Source: Fimbriimonadales bacterium
Lineage (GTDB): Bacteria > Armatimonadota > Fimbriimonadia > Fimbriimonadales > ATM1
Length of the DNA: 64,000 nucleotides
Reading direction: 5' to 3'
Assembly (NCBI GenBank): GCA_041744215.1
Contig: JBGTLG010000016.1
Span: forward strand, 64,001-128,000
In this document: piece after piece, positions 58,450-64,000 of the stretch
Layout: each line of letters begins with the position of its first letter
How positions within the stretch are numbered: position 1 is the first letter of the stretch
The notes under the pieces: generated by a model
The model's database searches: none
Seen by the model: only the letters and a program-made list of their open reading frames with translations
Told to the model about the DNA's origin: nothing
Translations under genes and position numbers: made by a program

Positions 58450-59496
58450 ATGATCTCGAGGCGAACACTCCTCGCGGCGGCCGCCGCGCTCCCAATCGTC
58501 GGCCGAGCGACACGCGCCATCCCCTCGTCCAGCCCGCCCATCGCCATCTCCAGCGCGAACGGGCTTGGCGCAACCCGCAAGGCCGTTGAGCTTATGGCGG
58601 ACGGGAAGGACACGGTGGAGGCGGCAGTCGAAGGCGTCGCGCTGGTTGAGGACGATCCGAACGACACAAGTGTGGGCTACGGCGGCCTTCCAAACGAGCA
58701 CGGTGTCGTTCAGCTCGACGCCAGCGTGATGCACGGGCCGACGATGCGCGCGGGTGCCGTCGGTTGTTTGGAAGGGGTCAAGAATCCGTCGCGCGTTGCG
58801 AAGCAAGTGATGGAACGCACAGATCATGTTTTGTTGGTGGGAGCGGGCGCGCTGGCATTTGCGAAGGCGATGGGTTTCCAAGAGGAGAACCTTTTGACAG
58901 AGCGCGCTCGAAGAGCTTGGCTGCGTTGGAAGACGACACTTTCGGACCAAGACGACTGGCTGTCTGATGAAGAGATTCGCATTGACTTCGATTCCATCGA
59001 ACCGCGACATGCTGACGCGATGGGGCACCGACCAACGGGGACAATCAGCTGTCTTGCATTGAATGCCCAACGCGAGATTAGCGGTTGCACAACGACGAGC
59101 GGACTCGCTTACAAACTGCCGGGTCGCGTGGGTGATTCACCGATCATCGGCGCAGGTCTGTATGTCGATGGCGAAGTCGGAGGCTGTGGTTCCACCGGCA
59201 GAGGTGAGGCCGTTTTGCAGTCATGTGGATCGCGCACTGTCGTCGAAAACATGAAGCGCGGGCTGTCGCCCGCCGATGCAATTCTCGATGTTCTCAAGCG
59301 AATCTGCGACCAAACGAAGTCACCAAGACTATTGAATCGACCGGGAAGGCCGAACTTCGATGTGAACTTCTACGCGCTGCGCGTCGATGGCGCATTCGCA
59401 GGCGGGAGAATCTATCGCGGCGGAAGATTTGCGGTGAATGACGGCGGCGAATCGAGATTGACCGACTCGGTTTACTTGTACGAAAACGCGCAGTAG
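58450..59496 (+). CDS. N(4)-(beta-N-acetylglucosaminyl)-L-asparaginase (Ntn hydrolase), Tat-exported
   Basis: SRRTLL Tat motif; SVGYGGLP, LDASVM, GTI nucleophile, TTTSG, GRVGDSPIIGAG and TGRGE. Confidence 0.92.
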   Translation: MISRRTLLAAAAALPIVGRATRAIPSSSPPIAISSANGLGATRKAVELMADGKDTVEAAVEGVALVEDDPNDTSVGYGGLPNEHGVVQLDASVMHGPTMRAGAVGCLEGVKNPSRVAKQVMERTDHVLLVGAGALAFAKAMGFQEENLLTERARRAWLRWKTTLSDQDDWLSDEEIRIDFDSIEPRHADAMGHRPTGTISCLALNAQREISGCTTTSGLAYKLPGRVGDSPIIGAGLYVDGEVGGCGSTGRGEAVLQSCGSRTVVENMKRGLSPADAILDVLKRICDQTKSPRLLNRPGRPNFDVNFYALRVDGAFAGGRIYRGGRFAVNDGGESRLTDSVYLYENAQ

Positions 59497-59500
59497 TTTG

Positions 59501-60250
59501 CTACTGACCCTGGTTCAGGCGCTTTTCCAACTCTTCCAGTTGCGCGTCAACTGAATCACCAGTTATCTGCACTTCCGTTGTCGGTTCCGATGCGAGACCG
59601 AGTCTCTTTTCGAGCGCTTGCAACTCTTCTTCTGCGGCCATGTCCATCGCGGTGTCTTCCATCTTCATGATCTTGCCTGTGATGGAGGCCTGCATCATTT
59701 CGTTTCTCGCCGCTGCTTCGGAGCGCACCTCTCGAATCTTTTCCGCTGCGCTTTCGAATGTGCCGAACTGAGCTTCGGTCGTGAATCCCTCGAGCGCTTT
59801 GTTGATGCTCGATTCGATTTGGGCTTGCTTGTATTGCGCCTTCATCGCGAGCGCTTCAGCGGTCTTCTTGCGAACTTCTTCTTCCTGGCGTCGGATGGCG
59901 AGTTTGACGACTTCAACTGTCTCATTGGCCTGGCCAAGCGACCCGCGCAGACTTTCGAGCGTGGTCAGGTAGTTGGCTCGCTCTCGGAGGAACTGCCGTG
60001 CGAGGTCTCGATTTCCTTGCTTGAGGGCTGCGGCGGCTTGGTTCTCGAGTTGGGCTGTTTTGCGCTCGTGGTCATCGACCATCGCTTGCAGGTTGTTTCG
60101 CTGGGTGATGGCCTGGACAGCCTTTTCCTTGTTTTGCTGCAGGGTCTCTTGCATATCCCTGCGCGCCTGATCCAGCATGATGTCCGGATCCTCGAGTTTG
60201 TTCATCCAGCGGTTGAAGATGGCGCGAAGCCAGTTAAAAAAGCGTCCCAT
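59501..60250 (-). CDS. pspA: PspA/IM30 family protein
   Basis: LEDPDIMLDQARRDM, A.AAL.QG..DLAR and long coiled coil. Confidence 0.9.
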   Translation of the reverse strand: MGRFFNWLRAIFNRWMNKLEDPDIMLDQARRDMQETLQQNKEKAVQAITQRNNLQAMVDDHERKTAQLENQAAAALKQGNRDLARQFLRERANYLTTLESLRGSLGQANETVEVVKLAIRRQEEEVRKKTAEALAMKAQYKQAQIESSINKALEGFTTEAQFGTFESAAEKIREVRSEAAARNEMMQASITGKIMKMEDTAMDMAAEEELQALEKRLGLASEPTTEVQITGDSVDAQLEELEKRLNQGQ

Positions 60251-60371
60251 GCGTTCTCCCGGTCGTCGGTGGCGGCATTATACTACCGTCGGCTCATGAA
60301 GCGGGGTTTCGGGGTGGGCCAGGGTTTGAGACAGACGTCTGGCGATCCGGCGGCGGGCGGTAGAATCGGGC

Positions 60372-61247
60372 GTGAAGTTTACGGCCGCAGCGGTCCAGAT
60401 CGCGCCGATCAAGGCGGACGTGTCGGCGAATCTATCGCGTATCGTGCAGGCTGTGGACCGATGCGTTGGGGAAGGCGCTGACCTGGCGGTTTTTCCGGAG
60501 ACCGCTTTGACCGGTTACTTTTTGGAGGGCGGCGTAGTCGACGCGGCCGTCTCTGCGCTGGAGTTGGCGACGATGCTCGACGTGTCCTACAAGCCCGGCC
60601 GACCCATCGATGTGGTCCTCGGTTTTTACGAGCGCGCTGACGGCAACGTTTACAATTCCGCGGCCCATCTCTTTGGCACCTCGGACGGCTGGGAGATCGC
60701 GCATGTGCACCGAAAGTTCTTCTTGCCTACCTATGGAGTGTTCGACGAGGAGCGCTTTGTCGCACGCGGACGTGACATCAGCGCCTACGACACACGCTTT
60801 GGTCGGTTCTCAATGTTGATTTGCGAAGACGTGTGGCATTCGGTTTCTGCGACCATCGCCGCGCTGAAAGGCGCGCAAGTGATCTGCGCGGTCTCGGCAT
60901 CTCCAGCTCGCGGTTTTGGCGGCGACACATTCGACAATTTGGATCACTATCGCCGCCTGCTGCGAGCCATCGCCGAAGAGCATGGCGTTTGGGTATTGAA
61001 TTCGATGCTTGTCGGCTTCGAAGGCGGAAAAGGTTTTTCTGGTGGGAGCATGTTCGTGTCGCCGAGTGGTCGAATAGCAGCGGAGGGTCCGGAACTTGAG
61101 GAGCACTTTTTGGTTTCTGAAGTTGACCTTGACGAAGTTGGCGTCGCCCGACAACGCTTTCCTTCGCTTGCAGATCTGAAGAGCGTTCTTGAAGATGTCG
61201 TCCGCGAGTTTGACGAGGTTAATCGCGAAGAATGCCAGCAGAGATAA
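60372..61247 (+). CDS. nitrilase-family hydrolase, probable glutaminase subunit of NAD synthetase
   Basis: FPE, HRKFFLPTYGVFDEERF, ICEDVW and SASP; overlaps nadE. Confidence 0.88.
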   Translation: MKFTAAAVQIAPIKADVSANLSRIVQAVDRCVGEGADLAVFPETALTGYFLEGGVVDAAVSALELATMLDVSYKPGRPIDVVLGFYERADGNVYNSAAHLFGTSDGWEIAHVHRKFFLPTYGVFDEERFVARGRDISAYDTRFGRFSMLICEDVWHSVSATIAALKGAQVICAVSASPARGFGGDTFDNLDHYRRLLRAIAEEHGVWVLNSMLVGFEGGKGFSGGSMFVSPSGRIAAEGPELEEHFLVSEVDLDEVGVARQRFPSLADLKSVLEDVVREFDEVNREECQQR

Positions 61248-62107
61248 GTTCTTTGCCAGTATACAAAGGCGGCTCGTTTGATCCGAGCTGCGACACCGCG
61301 CTGCAGCTCAACGTTTTTCTCGTCACCGACTTTCTTGTGAAGTTCCTTCGCGATGAGTGCATTCGCCGCCGCGGCATGGAGCGCGCCGTCTTGGGGTTAT
61401 CGGGAGGTGTGGACTCTGCCGTCGCCACTTACCTTTGTACGAAGGCGTTTGGGCCCAAAAACGTGCACGTGTTTCGGATGCCGTACAAACTGAGCTCCGT
61501 CGAAAGTTTGACTCATGCACAACTGGTGATCGACGATCTGGGAATCGAATCGCGTACTGTCGATATCACAGAAATGGCCGATGGCTATCTACAATTCGAG
61601 CCGGATGCGACTTCGACGCGGATTGGGAACGTTTGCGCACGATGCAGAATGATTGTGCTGTTTGATCAAAGCGCGAAGGTGGGAGGATTACCGATAGGGA
61701 CCGGGAACAAGACTGAGCGCATGTTCGGATACTACACATGGCATGCGGACGACGCGCCGCCGATCAATCCGCTTGGCGATCTTTACAAGATGCAAGTGAA
61801 TCAACTCGCGCGCCATCTTGGTGTTCCTAGTGCGATCATCGACAAGCCGCCGACCGCAGACTTGGTGAAGGGTCAAACGGATGAAGGAGACTTCGGCATC
61901 TCGTATCAAAAAGCAGATCGCATTTTGGCGCTCCTGTTGAGCGGATATGCGCCTGCAAAACTTGTCGAGTTAGGCTTTGACAAGGATGAAGTCGCGATTG
62001 TGGTTAAGAGAGTGGATTCAACGCATTGGAAACGCCGCCTGCCGACGGTCGCGATGATATCGAACAGCGCGATCGGCGAGTTTTACTTGCGGCCAGTGGA
62101 TTATTGA
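61232..62107 (+). CDS. nadE: NAD+ synthetase
   Basis: GLSGGVDSA, GN..AR.RM, GTGNKTE, DLYK and KPPTADL..GQTDE. Confidence 0.95.
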   Translation: MPAEISSLPVYKGGSFDPSCDTALQLNVFLVTDFLVKFLRDECIRRRGMERAVLGLSGGVDSAVATYLCTKAFGPKNVHVFRMPYKLSSVESLTHAQLVIDDLGIESRTVDITEMADGYLQFEPDATSTRIGNVCARCRMIVLFDQSAKVGGLPIGTGNKTERMFGYYTWHADDAPPINPLGDLYKMQVNQLARHLGVPSAIIDKPPTADLVKGQTDEGDFGISYQKADRILALLLSGYAPAKLVELGFDKDEVAIVVKRVDSTHWKRRLPTVAMISNSAIGEFYLRPVDY

Positions 62108-62129
62108 CCGGCTGGTACAATCGCGCACC

Positions 62130-64000
62130 ATGCCCCACCTAGTTCTGGAGATTGGTTGCGAAGAGTTACCGGCGCACTCTGTTAGGCGAGCCGTCGAATC
62201 GCTTGCTGCGTCCGTAGCCGACGGCTTGCGCGATGCAAAGGTGCTTGGCGATGAGTTTGAGTTGAAGACGGCTTGCACGCCCAGAAGGTTGATTGTGGGG
62301 ATCGATGGCGTTCTTGTCAAGAGGGAATCTGAAACGATTTCGAAACGCGGTCCATCGAAGACTGCTGCCTACGACGCAGATGGAAATGCGACGAAGGCGC
62401 TTGAGGGATTTTGCAAGTCCGTAGGCACTTCGGTCGAGAGCGTGACGGTCGAAGGCGATTACATTTGGGCCGCGCAAGTAACGCAAGAGCAACCGACTCG
62501 CGAGTTACTCCCTGCAATTTTGATTCAGGCTATTCAGTCGATACCTTTCGACAAGACGATGCGATGGGGTACAGGGCGTATGCGTTTTGCTCGACCGATA
62601 CGCTGGATTCTCGCTGTTTTTGATCGAAGCGTCGTCTCCTTCCAAGTTGAGTCGGTTGCGAGTGGAAGCCAATCGCAAGGGCACCGGTTCCTGTGCCCTG
62701 GCGGATTCGAGGCTAATTCGTTCGGCGAGTTGCTCGACGGACTACGAGAGCGATTTGTCGAGGCTGACCCTCTGAAGCGGGAGGCTTTGATTCGAAGGGA
62801 AGCCGCGGAGAGATCTTCACGCAGAGCGGTACTGACTGATTCCCTGGTCGACGAGAACGTCTTTCTCACGGAATGGCCCAGAGCGATCGAAGGCTCGTTT
62901 CGTGAGGAGTTTCTTTCTCTTCCCCGCACGGTTCTTGTTACTGCGATGGCGAAGCATGAAAGGTTCTTCCCGATCGAGGATGACGGTGGTGAGATCACAA
63001 ATCGTTTCATCAGCATCATGAATGCTGGGGACGAGGGTGTCGTGCGGCGCGGCAACGAATGGGTTTTGAACGCAAGATTCAATGACGCGCTGTTCTTCTT
63101 TGAAGAGGACTCGCGCACAAAGTTGGAGGAGTTCTTAGAAAAGACATCGCGGATTCTGTTCCAGGAGAAGCTGGGTTCTGTCCGTCAGCGGGCGGATCGA
63201 ATTGCATCGCTCTCGAAAGCGATCGCGGAACACGCGCGGCTATCGAATGAGCAAGTCGAAAGGTGCTTTGAAGCCGGGAGGCTGTGCAAGGCCGATTTAA
63301 GCACTGGTCTCGTGTCAGAACTGCCCGCCTTACAGGGGCAGATTGGTGGCGAGTATGCACGAAGAGAAAACTATCCAGATGCGGTTTACGAGGGAATTGC
63401 CGCCCATTACGATCCCAATCTGTCGCCAACTTCTGCGGGTGAGATCGTGGCGCTGGTGGTGATGTGCGCGGATCAAGCCGACCGGCTCGCCGGCTATCTG
63501 GGAGTTGGTGAGACCCCAAAGGGGAGCAGCGATCCCTTCGCTCTTCGCAGAGCTGCAACGATGCTCGTTCAGGCTCAGCTTGGGTGGCACGCACCCACGG
63601 GATCCATTCATGACTGGATTGAATCCGCGGCGGAACTGCTTCGAGAACAAGGCAGTTCGATCGACGATAACGCTGCCATCCTTGAACGCTTCGACGCGAT
63701 TCTCGAAGGACGATATGAGGCGCTACTTGGTGAGATTCGATATGATGCGCGCGATGCAGTGTGGGCAGCCAACCATCGGCAGCCCTCGCGTCAGTTCCTT
63801 GAGCGCGCTAGGGCAGTAGCCGAGTTATCGTCGGAAGTCGCGTTTGTTCGCACGGCCAGACGTCCGATCAACATCGTGTCTGCGGCGGCGTCCAAGGCGA
63901 TCCCATTCGATCCTGAGAAGCGGTTAGGCGATGTGGATCGTTCTTTGTTCGATCACGAAGCCGAACATAGCTTGCTGGCAGCAGCACTGGCAGTCGCTCC
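62130..64000 (+). CDS. glyS: glycine--tRNA ligase beta subunit (3'-truncated by window end)
   Basis: Manual translation MPHLVLEIGCEELPA, TPRRL, KTMRWG, FARPIRWI, GHRF, GNEWVLNARFNDA, KADL...LV.E.P.LQG and GSSDPFALRR; missing from the ORF track because it has no stop in the window. Confidence 0.95.
   Translation, partial: MPHLVLEIGCEELPAHSVRRAVESLAASVADGLRDAKVLGDEFELKTACTPRRLIVGIDGVLVKRESETISKRGPSKTAAYDADGNATKALEGFCKSVGTSVESVTVEGDYIWAAQVTQEQPTRELLPAILIQAIQSIPFDKTMRWGTGRMRFARPIRWILAVFDRSVVSFQVESVASGSQSQGHRFLCPGGFEANSFGELLDGLRERFVEADPLKREALIRREAAERSSRRAVLTDSLVDENVFLTEWPRAIEGSFREEFLSLPRTVLVTAMAKHERFFPIEDDGGEITNRFISIMNAGDEGVVRRGNEWVLNARFNDALFFFEEDSRTKLEEFLEKTSRILFQEKLGSVRQRADRIASLSKAIAEHARLSNEQVERCFEAGRLCKADLSTGLVSELPALQGQIGGEYARRENYPDAVYEGIAAHYDPNLSPTSAGEIVALVVMCADQADRLAGYLGVGETPKGSSDPFALRRAATMLVQAQLGWHAPTGSIHDWIESAAELLREQGSSIDDNAAILERFDAILEGRYEALLGEIRYDARDAVWAANHRQPSRQFLERARAVAELSSEVAFVRTARRPINIVSAAASKAIPFDPEKRLGDVDRSLFDHEAEHSLLAAALAVA

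Noticed and set aside
58105-59070. 321-aa minus-strand ORF and other long antisense ORFs (e.g. 12059-12958, 59618-60481)
   Set aside because: Shadow frames of well-supported genes on the opposite strand; no motifs.
62166-63819. Short ORFs listed at the right end of the window
   Set aside because: All overlap the open glyS frame starting at 62130.

Overview
Gene-dense bacterial chromosomal segment with about 70 CDS, mostly housekeeping: pgk, pfkA, guaB, purH, mreBCD, rpsR, gdhA, queG, a split NAD synthetase, and glyS running off the right end. Three PEP-CTERM genes, Tat substrates, a PagL-like outer-membrane protein and a RemA/DUF370 gene suggest a diderm such as Armatimonadota (inference, not tested). 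I found no rRNA, tRNA, CRISPR array, transposase or prophage. Main observations: (1) selD contains an in-frame UGA at the catalytic position, so it is probably a selenoprotein that the ORF track truncates; selA lies about 6 kb away. (2) An unannotated ~80-nt small-RNA candidate, with its own consensus promoter and terminator, sits just upstream of selD. (3) A tatA-linked operon encodes an unknown protein, a PqqD/RRE peptide-binding protein, a minimal FtsX-type permease and an ABC ATPase, with no precursor or modifying enzyme nearby. (4) A DUF1573 protein with an apparently inactive zincin domain is paired with an UshA-like tetraheme cytochrome. (5) One PEP-CTERM gene has a 1-nt frameshift in its signal peptide, and TTGGC..GCCAA-type motifs occur upstream of all three. 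(6) A 21-bp tandem repeat. (7) Many genes have a -10 box 5-8 nt before the start codon, implying leaderless mRNAs. All assignments come from motif recognition by eye; no database searches were run.
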